From an uncultured Gammaproteobacteria bacterium (GTDB lineage Bacteria > Patescibacteriota > Microgenomatia > Levybacterales > GWA1-39-11), in NCBI GenBank assembly GCA_964436385.1, contig CAYTCO010000001.1, forward strand, positions 47,316 through 104,128: 56,813 nucleotides of DNA, written 5' to 3'. Shown in pieces: positions 21,601 through 28,936 of the stretch. The stretch's first letter is position 1. Every line of letters begins with the position of its first letter. The position numbers and the translations under genes were made by a program. Under the pieces are notes generated by a model. The model was given only the letters and a program-made list of their open reading frames with translations, had not been told where the DNA came from and searched no databases.

Positions 21601-21800
21601 CGTTCAAAGCATTTAAAAATTCAATTCCGGCTATTGGTCGTTTGACTAATATTATTACATATGGCTCCGAGTTTTTATTTAGTGTTGCTACAGGTGATCG
21701 TACCCAAAATGGTGATTTAAGAGGTATGAATTCATTGCTTAATAATCTACCACTGACTAATGCTTTACGTCAAGTACAACGATTTGATAAGCAATTTTAA
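15693..21800 (+). CDS. Second giant virion/ejected polyvalent protein (2,035 aa): tandem ART/PARP-like modules, HExxH zincin motif, degenerate RecB-like segment, hydrophobic C-terminal helices
   Basis: Its ATG overlaps the upstream stop (TAATG at 15691-15695). Motifs are listed as separate features. The C-terminal third has hydrophobic stretches (LLSPVLASANAATIALL, GVITTFAAMV, MDLAFVILGVLGRLAF). Confidence 0.85.
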   Translation: MECVLAKNGRNSSLHNGLKGYLEIATGDPKLVDNLALKGWLRGQSESLKAEYPNMPTDENNEAIVFYHNESVRSDSNNLTLDVAAVADKIDQWKPVFLKDSNSIVQADNPYFLGYVPNDNTIPVFEESIQKLIDRPVALATVPIKEGVPELFESNPELANAVYEALGFKQVYHGSKTTEKYSDYKIPVNKGVDSLGSFFTSDLDGALMFTPDFIDESPIAKDVKERTGRVTYKKDRSYVKKEYLKLQNPYSVDIRKWEDNSWINDFVKGDFSIYNFNEVPSEIVDRVKKILIDRGHDGIYIAKDFYVGNMESRYDQYIVFDPNKTLKQQKQQALQLYSQYLNSIFPNSKVKDIVYHGITSRIKEKFDKFSKEFIKSGQGRYGENGFFFSENKEEVNKNYNNSGLISAVINLKNTNSDIYKNTWKETVEYLTEPQEIYGGKTDLDYLSEGYRAAAWYKEGNWKKQVEKLKEDGWKIEETDNSYIKLGKISSQEKTYYSHLKKNLEKGTLPFNINNSVEAIRKSKEQGLDGLVYENILEESSINKHNQYVVFEPEQIHILGGKQDIEGFKNFVNNQPSQPMYSRRNTGTATDEAALLTFARFLANKTGINFRLVTADEALRLNPNYNGEPGFFYNNVGYLVKGVANKSTALHEIFGHPMVELLEQQNLPLLHELFRAIPQSILDETKLAYPEHVLEDGTLDAIGMKEALIKAIEYEATNRLEAKDSTLKSLIDRLWMFISRLFNNTLDVKNLGRFTTIKEIADLAFNTSLLDTPLASNQVMYFKSATQSETLQKFEAAFGHYSQAPNADGIDTYTSSKNPSLVLKRLTEEVSRIFSNDIFGKGIDEWAANKATKYFQNASAVFKDNDRSIASGSIQLADGIFYNYSELVDFYIKERNTSMRKGKLLHAIMEWILTVDSAAKSEIMNRIDAMREPEIVNGKIIADGIDTSMYHYLHTVPGSDEEVDDYEVLKHVTNILRIRLNDPLTPDVLKNEYILGNDELSIATRADTIVFHADGSISVFDYQGGNLHSDNAFAKTAMTYFTQHGSKKQVVSKLNIKQMEVTMRIFIAKIGIPDLKVKRAEVFEIQNLSNSTIRAIEGEFDIQEYLWAIERWIEAEHPELIEKYRALNLFDRDNYMTSGMHGYDYIKETTKLVGVDANEAAKKLTKRLIAVSAGIQNLEKEGKNLHMVQGLKDERSKLLKQWGDLQRTNVLNVGIWNQVDDMEGGLLRLFNNRYDLSRYPQLQVLVDALSRAEHRALKRADDTRAEHNALLEDVIEDYKSIDPNIRSKIKVGLGNIKTFDYPIYKGDGTGFFDFAYIKKDFNGNIQLGWVTEEDTEQWKKLTPAQRAYMNFINSEMRLAYKTAVIDTKVTTLKRQSGALVQKEVSKAEVIGTPELSKNFMPYVPPMHEEYENRANGLFGLFKDKLKNFSLYSVTEALNGKFSEHPGMPIRFLNASADIVDAEAHSLHVEHMFNTFVNQLYLVEELEEVVAVSKAFTEELEAMGKDENGDYNLINIIETMKDLTKMHATGRTTSGKEVLKMGAMLGPENQIVALNIDRAMAGLKNFTTYSSMLLSPVLASANAATIALLNFKTAGVNSITAALSKQLGIKDDHVIDFTLTDMLNAHKDWVEIQALMAKGGSEADLNKNKMWQMLKRWRIFPDDYWFANSRNSDNIVKSTKLLTPQTGMFLHLLGENYGVITTFAAMVRKMEVQKGSIKKKVFDAYDVKDVVTKSGKTVSKLVWNFGVRGVEVVKGTENDENKTTRTITELDSREIDYFKRAISKIHGDYRKSEKAIGEKHALFQWSIQFKKYLMRQLKNIADTKRYDSTLGYYDQVMDKDGKPILIKVKDENGIETEESYMEWSARVTEGRYRTLINMIIEWLSLVDSPALQAWMKQKNLRLPVKGSYDWKNLSDDQKKNIVHVGMDLAFVILGVLGRLAFDDDDRNDKNPWYVQYIRLTENMSEGANPMDTFKAFKNSIPAIGRLTNIITYGSEFLFSVATGDRTQNGDLRGMNSLLNNLPLTNALRQVQRFDKQF
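16195..17365 (+). other. Two tandem ADP-ribosyltransferase (PARP/diphtheria-toxin H-Y-E class)-like modules with Gln at the catalytic Glu position
   Basis: Module 1: QVYHGS ... GSFFTSD ... HDGIYIA ... RYDQYIVFDPNK. Module 2: IVYHGIT ... GFFFSEN ... LDGLVYE ... KHNQYVVFEPEQ. For comparison, PARP has HGS / YFA / YNEYIVYD. Confidence 0.45.
17640..17657 (+). other. HEIFGH (HExxH) zincin motif in the second giant ORF
   Basis: STALHEIFGHPMVELLE at aa 650-655 of this ORF. Confidence 0.5.
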
Positions 21801-21893
21801 TAGAATATTGGGCTTATGTAACTATGCTTATATGCTTATATGATAATGTTTGAGTTTCTATCATACCTATAATAGACTTATTTTTAACCCATT

Positions 21894-22808
21894 ATGTTTG
21901 GTGTACCTCTTAAAACTTTCTTATTGCACATTATTGCAGGTACTGCAATAAGCACCAATAATTTAACAAGTAGTGTTACGTATAGCCATGAAAGACGCCC
22001 ATCTGATTATATTACAGAAATCAAAGATATTGTAACAGGAGACAATACATTAATAAGTTATGATGTCAATAAAATCATAATTGATAAATATACCATTTAC
22101 AATGCCGATACCGTAACGCATTTAATTACCGTAGAGCTAATTGACTTAAATGATCCATTGGATTTTACAGTATTAGGTACTTTTTCATTAGAAGCTGGCT
22201 ATACTCTAAACTATGATGAAGATTCAGGGTTTGTAGTTTTAGATACTTTAGGGGCCCCCATAAATGTAGCTCTGACCGATACTCAGTTAAGAGCTACACC
22301 TGTCCCTATTAGTGGTACAGTTTCAGTAACAGGAGTAGCTACTGCAGCAAATCAAACTACTGAAATAGCTAGTCTATCTAGCATTGATGGTAAACTACCT
22401 GCAGGTTTAACAGTAACAGGCGGAAAATTAGAAGTGGTGTTACCTCCAGGTGCTGGTGGACTTACTGATACAGAACTAAGAGCTAGTCCTGTACCTGTAT
22501 CAGTTTCAGGGGTAGCAACAGCTACTGAACAAGATGAGCAAACTGCTCTACTTACAACGCTAAATTCACTACTTGAAACTAACAATGCGCTCGTTCAGAT
22601 GATGTCTCAACTAATTGGTGCAATGAATAGTGGCGCACCTGCATTGAGAGTAACTCCAATAGCATCTGTGTCAACTGCGGTAACAGGTTCGGTGACAGCA
22701 GTAGTGAGTTCTTTAACTAATTTCGGCACAGGTATTCCTGCAAAGGAAATGGCTGATGATATAAACAATATGACAGTTCAATCTAACATTAACAATATAA
22801 CTTTTTAA
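21894..22808 (+). CDS. Virion fibre/spike-like protein with internal LTDT-x-LRA-x-PVP repeats
   Basis: 304-aa ORF directly after the giant ORFs. It has two copies of LTDT[QE]LRA[TS]PVP[IV]S..GVATA (nt about 22271-22345 and 22461-22530) and a Thr/Ser/Val-rich composition. Confidence 0.5.
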   Translation: MFGVPLKTFLLHIIAGTAISTNNLTSSVTYSHERRPSDYITEIKDIVTGDNTLISYDVNKIIIDKYTIYNADTVTHLITVELIDLNDPLDFTVLGTFSLEAGYTLNYDEDSGFVVLDTLGAPINVALTDTQLRATPVPISGTVSVTGVATAANQTTEIASLSSIDGKLPAGLTVTGGKLEVVLPPGAGGLTDTELRASPVPVSVSGVATATEQDEQTALLTTLNSLLETNNALVQMMSQLIGAMNSGAPALRVTPIASVSTAVTGSVTAVVSSLTNFGTGIPAKEMADDINNMTVQSNINNITF

Positions 22809-22810
22809 AA

Positions 22811-24259
22811 ATGGCAGAAACTCAAGGAAATAGAGCGATACTAAATCGTAAGGAATGGCAAACAATGATGCCACCAATAACCGCAACAGCCGCAGGCTCA
22901 TTTGTAGCTTCCGACCAAGCGGGATTGTGTAGATTCTCACTCTACATGGTAAGTGGTACAGTACACTATCTCTATGATAATGAAAATGATGATTACCTAC
23001 CTATTACAAGTGGTGCGTTTGCAGGTACTTTTGTCGCGGGTGCTTGTGGTCTATATCATCCATGGTCGGTTACCTTTACCGCAACAGGGGGGACTACAAC
23101 TACTATCAATGTCAATAGTGCGACCTCAAATATTAATGGCTTAGTAGTCGGTTCGTATGTCGAGTTTCTTAGTGGCGCAGCAGCTAACTTAGGTTTAAGA
23201 AGACGGATTACAAACATTGAAACTGTTGGCGGTACAGGTACTTTGATACTGACAATAGACGCTGCCGCAAGTGCAGTAAACAATACCGATACATTCAGAA
23301 TCAACAGTGGGTCTTTCTTTGTATTGGCAACAGGTACTCTTGCAAGTGGTTCATTTAGACGTTTTGATATTGCTACAATGGCATGGAGTACATTAAGCAT
23401 AACAGGTTTACCGGCTACATGGGGTACAGATGGGAGAATGGTTACACCTGCAATCTATGATTCTACTTATGATTCGGGTACAGCAAGTGCAGGGGCAGCA
23501 ACTACAATAACAGATGCTACAAAAGCATGGACAGCAGACCAATGGATAAACTCACAAGTAAGAATTACAGGTGGCACAGGTGTAGGACAGTCTCCCAGAA
23601 GGATAACAGATAGCGATGCAACGAGTTTAACAGTTTCAGGATGGACTACAAACCCTGATGCTACAAGCACCTATAAAATAGAAGGTGATGAGAACTCAAT
23701 ATTCCTCTTAGGGAACAATGCAGTAACTATGTACAAGTATTCTATAAGTGGTAATACATGGGCAACAGTAGCACCAACTACAGCAAGAAGTGGTGCACCA
23801 ATAGCAGGTATGAGTGCAGATTTTGTAGGAAAAACAGGCAATTCAGTTTGGGCGGATATTACGGATATAAAAGATGGAAGATATATTTATTCATTACGAG
23901 GTGGTACTTCTGTAATTGATAGATATGATATTGCAGGGGGTGCAGGTGGTGCAGGTGCATGGTTAGCGGTTACTTATAGTCCAAGTTTGCAAACATTTGC
24001 AACAGGTGATAGTGCATTTTGGGATTATGAAACTATCATAATTGCTAAGGAAGGAACGGCGGCAATACCTCAAAGATTCTACCAGTACAATGTAGTAAAC
24101 AACTCAATGAACCCTTTTAGCTCAGATTGGTATTTCGGTGGGGCGGCTTTGCTCGGGTGTAAGATTTGGGTAAAGAAACTATCATCGGCAGGAACAGTTC
24201 GTTGGCTATATTGCCTACAATCAACAGCCTTGAATTTAAGGCGAATAATGATTTACTAA
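22811..24259 (+). CDS. Gly/Thr/Ala-rich fibre or receptor-binding-like structural protein
   Basis: 482-aa ORF starting 3 nt after the previous stop. It has a repeated module of type G.G.G(Q/L)..RRIT....T.LT(V/I)...(A/W)....D(T/A)..(F/Y)(R/K)I. Confidence 0.45.
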   Translation: MAETQGNRAILNRKEWQTMMPPITATAAGSFVASDQAGLCRFSLYMVSGTVHYLYDNENDDYLPITSGAFAGTFVAGACGLYHPWSVTFTATGGTTTTINVNSATSNINGLVVGSYVEFLSGAAANLGLRRRITNIETVGGTGTLILTIDAAASAVNNTDTFRINSGSFFVLATGTLASGSFRRFDIATMAWSTLSITGLPATWGTDGRMVTPAIYDSTYDSGTASAGAATTITDATKAWTADQWINSQVRITGGTGVGQSPRRITDSDATSLTVSGWTTNPDATSTYKIEGDENSIFLLGNNAVTMYKYSISGNTWATVAPTTARSGAPIAGMSADFVGKTGNSVWADITDIKDGRYIYSLRGGTSVIDRYDIAGGAGGAGAWLAVTYSPSLQTFATGDSAFWDYETIIIAKEGTAAIPQRFYQYNVVNNSMNPFSSDWYFGGAALLGCKIWVKKLSSAGTVRWLYCLQSTALNLRRIMIY

Positions 24260-24260
24260 T

Positions 24261-24446
24261 ATGTTTATAATACAACACATAAACCCATCCTACGTTGTCT
24301 TTGCTATCCATGACAACGTGCCACAACTAACAAATGATGATAGTTTGGCATTGGAATTTGAAATACTATCAGAGGCAGAAAATGCAGTCAGTAGTATTGG
24401 TGGCTATTGGATAATTTTAGAAAAGAATAATCAAAATATAGACTAA
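24261..24446 (+). CDS. hypothetical protein (61 aa)
   Basis: Starts 2 nt after the upstream stop and is co-directional. Confidence 0.45.
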   Translation: MFIIQHINPSYVVFAIHDNVPQLTNDDSLALEFEILSEAENAVSSIGGYWIILEKNNQNID

Positions 24447-24530
24447 TGGAAAAATGCAATGAAATGGTGGAAAGAAGCATGCAGTGACATGATTGCAGCT
24501 GTAATTAAAAAAATAGAAATATAATTTAAA

Positions 24531-24923
24531 ATGGATATAAGATTATTAAGTGAGTTTAGTTCTTTAATTATTTCAACAATTAGTGGAATAGCTACGGGAA
24601 TGGTTGGAGTTTGGGGATGGTTTAAATTTAGAAAAAGGAATCAAGAAAAAACCCTATCTGAAATTAAAAAAGAAACAAAAGTCAACAATGTAGATGGCGA
24701 TACGGCATTGATTAATCAATTAGATATTTTACTAGTTAAAGTTTCTGTTATGGCTGAAATTCAAATTAAAATACAAACCGAATTAGCTATTCTACAAAAT
24801 AAAGAATTGTCCTATAAAGCAGCTTTTCATCGGATGCTTTTATTATGTGATGAAGTTTGTGAGAACTCTGAATTTTGTAAGAGTAAGATAAACGCAATAT
24901 TAACCGATTTAAAATTAAACTAA
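24531..24923 (+). CDS. Membrane protein with N-terminal TM helix and coiled-coil tail (lysis-cassette member, holin/regulator candidate)
   Basis: LIISTISGIATGMVGVWGWFKF hydrophobic segment. The stop overlaps the next start (TAATG). Confidence 0.4.
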   Translation: MDIRLLSEFSSLIISTISGIATGMVGVWGWFKFRKRNQEKTLSEIKKETKVNNVDGDTALINQLDILLVKVSVMAEIQIKIQTELAILQNKELSYKAAFHRMLLLCDEVCENSEFCKSKINAILTDLKLN

Positions 24924-25393
24924 TGTCATTTATACTAGAAGAAAAAGTAAGTAAAATAAACTCAATATTAGAGACTACTATGTTGAGATTGTCTATAATT
25001 TTGATTTCAGATGTGAGCCATACCGCTCTATTTGAATTAGGAGAAAAATTGGTATCAGAGCATTGTGACGAAATTTCTGATGGTGGTTTTTGGGTGTGGA
25101 ATCATAACACCAATGAAGTTTATTATAGCCCTAGATTTTGCACAACCTTGGGTTACAGTTATGGTGAGTTAGGAAAAGGCTTTTCGGGTTTTAATCGTGG
25201 TAATCCAGAGCAAATGAAAATGGGCATGGCGCTTATACAAAGCTTAATTGATACAAAATCCCATGATACTTTTATAAACGTAATTGAATTTACTAAAAAA
25301 GATGGAAGTACTATACTTATTGAATGTAGTGGAGCAGTATTGTTTATAGACGATATACCATTTGTTGTATTAGGAACACATAAAATTAAATAA
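24923..25393 (+). CDS. PAS-like domain protein in the lysis cassette
   Basis: GFWVWNHNTNEVYYSPRFCTTLGYSYGELG ... FTKKDGSTILIECSGAVLFIDD resembles the PAS/PAS_3 fold signature. Confidence 0.4.
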   Translation: MSFILEEKVSKINSILETTMLRLSIILISDVSHTALFELGEKLVSEHCDEISDGGFWVWNHNTNEVYYSPRFCTTLGYSYGELGKGFSGFNRGNPEQMKMGMALIQSLIDTKSHDTFINVIEFTKKDGSTILIECSGAVLFIDDIPFVVLGTHKIK

Positions 25394-25394
25394 T

Positions 25395-25610
25395 ATGAAA
25401 ACAACTATTTCTTTTAAAAACTTTGCATTGCCAAGTCCTAAGTGGTTTAAAATAACTAAGAAAGTATTATCTTGGTCTACAACTTTAACATTAGCTATTT
25501 GTATGATTTACATGCCTGAAAATAGTAAAATGTTATTAGTTTTGAAATTAATACAAAGTTCCACTATGGAATTTTTAGATTCTTTATTAGCCGAAGAACC
25601 AAATTTATAA
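25395..25610 (+). CDS. Small membrane protein (holin candidate)
   Basis: 71 aa with the hydrophobic segment VLSWSTTLTLAICMIYM. It sits upstream of the endolysin. Confidence 0.4.
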   Translation: MKTTISFKNFALPSPKWFKITKKVLSWSTTLTLAICMIYMPENSKMLLVLKLIQSSTMEFLDSLLAEEPNL

Positions 25611-25611
25611 T

Positions 25612-26199
25612 ATGAAAAACAATACTCAAAATATAATCGTAGTATTTGTACTGATTTTAGCTGTTGTGTGTGGTATCATTGGCTATAAATTAAAAAAGTG
25701 TAATATATTGATTCCTGCAACAGTAGTTAGTCACGATACTTTGTATTCTAGTTACCCTGTCTATATTGAAGCCCCATCAAAGCCAATTACAATTACGAAA
25801 ACAGAAACCAAGTATTTGACCATTACAAAGTATGATACAACTATTTTAGAAAAGACTTATTCTACATTTACATCAAGTGATACAATCACACCCGTAGAAG
25901 GATTTCATGTTGCTATCTTAGATACTGGTAATTGTTATGGCATTTTAAATAGAAATACTAAAATATTCGGCTCACTTCCTGAACGAATCATTACCAATAC
26001 CGTTACCAATACCATTGTAAAATCACAACCATTTTTAACATTGCATGCCGGTGCTTCAGCTTCCTTTAGTAACAGATGGAATGCTTTTGATGTGGGGCCC
26101 GCTGCAAGTGTAGTAATACGACAACGACATATTATCTATTATAACTATGGTATCAATACCAGTACACATAATTTTTCACTTCAAACTAAAATACGATGA
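25612..26199 (+). CDS. N-terminally membrane-anchored protein (lysis accessory/spanin-like candidate)
   Basis: [18 protein letters not shown] signal-anchor. It overlaps the endolysin start by 4 nt. Confidence 0.4.
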   Translation: MKNNTQNIIVVFVLILAVVCGIIGYKLKKCNILIPATVVSHDTLYSSYPVYIEAPSKPITITKTETKYLTITKYDTTILEKTYSTFTSSDTITPVEGFHVAILDTGNCYGILNRNTKIFGSLPERIITNTVTNTIVKSQPFLTLHAGASASFSNRWNAFDVGPAASVVIRQRHIIYYNYGINTSTHNFSLQTKIR

Positions 26200-26660
26200 T
26201 TTCTACACAACAAGCCATTGCTAAATATGGCAAACCTAATCAAGCTGGTACTTACTTGGTAAATATTAAATTACCTTTTCCTATGAGATTGGCATGGGAT
26301 AAAACTGTTATTGTAAAAACAATGCGATGTCATAAGTTGGTAGCTGATAAACTAACAGCCATTTTTACTGAAATCCTACAAGTATATGGATTGGCTAAAA
26401 TACAAGAATTGGGGATTGATTTATTTGGGGGCTGCTTTAATTTCCGACAAATGCGTGGTGGTAGCGATTGGTCAAGACATGCTTGGGGAATAGCTGTTGA
26501 TTTAGACCCGGAACGAAATCAATTAAAAGAAACATCTAAGACTGCCCGATTTGCCCGACCTGAGTATAAACTCATGATTGACATTTTCTATAAACATGGT
26601 TTTGTAAGTCTTGGTAGAGAAAAAAACTACGATTGGATGCATTTTGAAGTAGCCGCTTAA
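26196..26660 (+). CDS. Endolysin, peptidase M15 / LAS-family (VanY-like) zinc peptidase
   Basis: [13 protein letters not shown] (H-x6-D) and C-terminal DWMHFE, typical of M15 cell-wall peptidases. A terminator follows. Confidence 0.8.
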   Translation: MISTQQAIAKYGKPNQAGTYLVNIKLPFPMRLAWDKTVIVKTMRCHKLVADKLTAIFTEILQVYGLAKIQELGIDLFGGCFNFRQMRGGSDWSRHAWGIAVDLDPERNQLKETSKTARFARPEYKLMIDIFYKHGFVSLGREKNYDWMHFEVAA

Positions 26661-26692
26661 CAGTTTTAAATTACTATGCCTATATGGATTTG

Positions 26693-26727
26693 AAAAAGGG
26701 AATTAGAAATAGTTCCCTTTTTTTGTT
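26693..26727 (+). terminator. Rho-independent terminator after the endolysin
   Basis: AAGGGAA (26696-26702) / TTCCCTT (26713-26719) stem followed by a T-run. Confidence 0.7.
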
Positions 26728-26729
26728 TT

Positions 26730-26737
26730 TATATTTG
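26730..26737 (+). promoter_or_regulatory. Bacteroidota-type -7 box TAnnTTTG (TATATTTG)
   Basis: TTATATTTGTAA, 46 nt upstream of the ATG at 26783. Nearly the same string recurs at 28104-28116. Confidence 0.45.
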
Positions 26738-26782
26738 TAATCACTAAAGGTTTCTCGGTATCCATAACAACCGTGTCACGAT

Positions 26783-27763
26783 ATGCAATACTTATATATC
26801 CTTGGAGGTCGCCGGACTCCTACCACAGAAGACAATAAATCTGGCTTTTCTGTAACTAAATGGCTCAAGAAAGTGTTTACCAATTGGGGTATTCCTTATA
26901 ATGACCCTTGTTGCCCCGCTACCACTATTCAACCTGTTGGTGTAACAGCTGGAGGTGTGCTTCAGATTTACGATCCTACTACAGGTACATGGTCAGCATT
27001 GGCCGAAACCGAAAACACAGATCCTGCTATTACAGCACTTGGTGTTGACGATACCGATGGCTATGCCCTTACCAAAGATTTCAATGTGATTACAGGTGGT
27101 GCCGCTAATACCGGTGTTGAATTACCTACCGCGGTAGTAGGTCGTGCAATTACAATTGCTAATTTAACGGCTTCTGCTAAAAAAGTATATGCCAATGCTT
27201 CTGATGCTATTGATGATAAAACAGCTACTACAGGATTTGTAATTTTACAACCTGAAGATGTAGTTACTTTTAGAGCATACACAGTAGCTTTATGGCAATC
27301 AGATTTTGAAGCTGATGGTACTTATAGTACTATGTTTACAGATACAATTTCTGAAAATACAGCAGGTGCGGGTGTAACAGTTGATGGTGTTTTACTTAAA
27401 GATGGTGGAGTTACTTCAGGTGGTTATACAGCTTCTTTTTATCCTTCTGGTCTCCCTAATAGTTTAACAGGTCCTGGTGCTATAACTACTACACGTTATC
27501 TTACTAATTTTACATCTACAAACCCAGGTGATGCACTTACTTTAGCTGATGGAACTGTACATGGTCAAATGAAAAAAATAGTACATGTTGCAAATGGTGG
27601 TGGCAATACAGGTGTTTTAACTCCAGATAATCTTAATAGTGGTACAACTATTGAATTTGTTGATGTTGGTCAATTTGCAATACTTCAATGGGATGGCACA
27701 GGATGGGCTGTTCTTGAATTAGGAAACAGTGTTACTCCTGGAACTTTACCTGTTTTAGCATAG
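26783..27763 (+). CDS. Gly/Thr-rich fibre-like structural protein
   Basis: 326-aa ORF with its own promoter-like box and terminator. G/T/A-rich with a C-terminal GQFAILQWDGTGWAVLE. Confidence 0.45.
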   Translation: MQYLYILGGRRTPTTEDNKSGFSVTKWLKKVFTNWGIPYNDPCCPATTIQPVGVTAGGVLQIYDPTTGTWSALAETENTDPAITALGVDDTDGYALTKDFNVITGGAANTGVELPTAVVGRAITIANLTASAKKVYANASDAIDDKTATTGFVILQPEDVVTFRAYTVALWQSDFEADGTYSTMFTDTISENTAGAGVTVDGVLLKDGGVTSGGYTASFYPSGLPNSLTGPGAITTTRYLTNFTSTNPGDALTLADGTVHGQMKKIVHVANGGGNTGVLTPDNLNSGTTIEFVDVGQFAILQWDGTGWAVLELGNSVTPGTLPVLA

Positions 27764-27786
27764 TTGTATATTTTTGTTTTGTTACT

Positions 27787-27816
27787 AAAAAAGCTCCTTT
27801 TCTAAGGAGCTTTTTT
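27787..27816. terminator. Bidirectional rho-independent terminator at the end of the + strand module
   Basis: AAAAGCTCCTT / AAGGAGCTTTT stem flanked by an A-run and a T-run. Confidence 0.7.
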
Positions 27817-27885
27817 GGTTAATGATAATTTCGATTGATTGTCAGCAACCATCTAGCGATTTCATCTAGTTTCACAGAAAAGTAT

Positions 27886-28098
27886 TTAATCCTGCTTAAG
27901 ATTTTCATTGGTTGCTTCTTTGGAAGGTACTTGGTTAACACTTTCAGTAAGTATTTGAATAGCAGCATAGATATCTGCAGATTCTTTTAATGAATAGGCC
28001 CCTCTTTTTTGAGCCATTTCAATAGCGCCAAAAACGGTATTGGATGCAATTTCTGTTTTTGTTAAAACTTTTGTGGGTTGGGATTGTAATTCTGACAT
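27886..28098 (-). CDS. hypothetical protein (70 aa, MSELQSQPTK...)
   Basis: Only the 3' 70 codons of the listed 257-aa ORF look protein-like. The ATG at 28098-28096 lies 20 nt from a -7 box. Confidence 0.5.
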   Translation of the reverse strand: MSELQSQPTKVLTKTEIASNTVFGAIEMAQKRGAYSLKESADIYAAIQILTESVNQVPSKEATNENLKQD

Positions 28099-28106
28099 AG
28101 TATTTA

Positions 28107-28114
28107 TATATTTG
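28107..28114 (+). promoter_or_regulatory. -7 box TATATTTG for the 28133 gene
   Basis: TAnnTTTG, 19 nt upstream of the ATG at 28133. Confidence 0.45.
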
Positions 28115-28117
28115 TAA

Positions 28118-28125
28118 CAAAAATA
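28118..28125 (-). promoter_or_regulatory. -7 box TATTTTTG for the 28098 gene (divergent partner)
   Basis: The reverse complement of CAAAAATA fits TAnnTTTG and lies 20 nt upstream of the minus-strand ATG. Confidence 0.4.
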
Positions 28126-28132
28126 TACAATT

Positions 28133-28645
28133 ATGTCAGAAACACAAAACAATTTGCAGAACGGCTTACCTAAGCCTCCAGTTGCTCCTTTTTTCCAACA
28201 ACCCGTTTGGGATGCCGATGCTACAATAATTGTAGATGGTAGGAATTTCGAAACCATGTATAACTTCATAAGCATGTTTGGCCCGGCGGTAGATGCTGCT
28301 AGACAGGTTTTACGTAGTAACCTTGAGAAAGGTGTCGTTAAATTGCAAAATTTAAACGAACAAGGTGAAAAAGTAAGTGATGAAGTCGTAGCACAATTCA
28401 ATGCTGAAATGTTAGCGTATCGTACAAAATTGCAAGAAAGTGTTGCTAAAATGGGTGGTACTCCTGGGCCGGCTCCTACAAGTACACCACCAGCAATGGA
28501 AGTACATAGAACTCCTACTGTATCAGAAGAGGTGTCAACACCTGAAAATGCCGTGTCACAAAGTGAAAGCGCACCTTCAGAAGTAGGCGATGTAGCACCG
28601 TCACCATCTGTATCATTAGACAATGAAATGGAATTACCATTGTAG
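28133..28645 (+). CDS. hypothetical protein with Pro/Thr/Ser-rich C-terminal tail
   Basis: 170-aa ORF with normal composition in its N-terminal 110 aa, followed by a terminator. Confidence 0.6.
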   Translation: MSETQNNLQNGLPKPPVAPFFQQPVWDADATIIVDGRNFETMYNFISMFGPAVDAARQVLRSNLEKGVVKLQNLNEQGEKVSDEVVAQFNAEMLAYRTKLQESVAKMGGTPGPAPTSTPPAMEVHRTPTVSEEVSTPENAVSQSESAPSEVGDVAPSPSVSLDNEMELPL

Positions 28646-28661
28646 TTTATAAACCACAATG

Positions 28662-28702
28662 AAAAAAATACCCTCTACTAATCAGCAGAGGGTATTTTTT
28701 TT
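28662..28702. terminator. Bidirectional terminator between convergent genes
   Basis: AAAAAATACCCTCT / AGAGGGTATTTTTT, a 14-bp stem with a 10-nt loop. Confidence 0.75.
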
Positions 28703-28935
28703 GGTTTATGGATATCCGGAACATAGTTCTGGTAGATGCAATGCAGGCTATCATAAATGGCAGTCCAGATAGCATCGGTAGTACTAATAAGGTGCATTTC
28801 TCTCAGTTTGGTTATGGGGTCTTGAAATTCCATAACTACATGAGTTGTTACAAATTGTAGAATACGACCCGGATTCTTCGTTTTGTGTAACGGTATCATA
28901 AACTCATTGTCTTCGGTATAAAGAATAGGTATCAT
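28678..28935 (-). CDS. hypothetical protein (85 aa)
   Basis: Last gene of the minus-strand block. Its stop lies within the terminator hairpin. Confidence 0.55.
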   Translation of the reverse strand: MIPILYTEDNEFMIPLHKTKNPGRILQFVTTHVVMEFQDPITKLREMHLISTTDAIWTAIYDSLHCIYQNYVPDIHKPKKIPSAD

Positions 28936-28936
28936 A

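Noticed and set aside
28071-28077. GTTAAAA 7-mer as the missing partner of TTTTAAC (55202-55208)
   Set aside because: This AT-rich 7-mer is expected about ten times per strand by chance in this window. It lies inside a coding region with no adjacent hairpin, 27 kb away.
27886-28659. 257-aa minus-strand ORF
   Set aside because: Its first roughly 187 codons are antisense to the better-looking 170-aa + strand gene (28133-28645). They have an odd Cys/Ser/Thr/Gly-rich composition. Only the last 70 codons (from ATG 28098) are kept.
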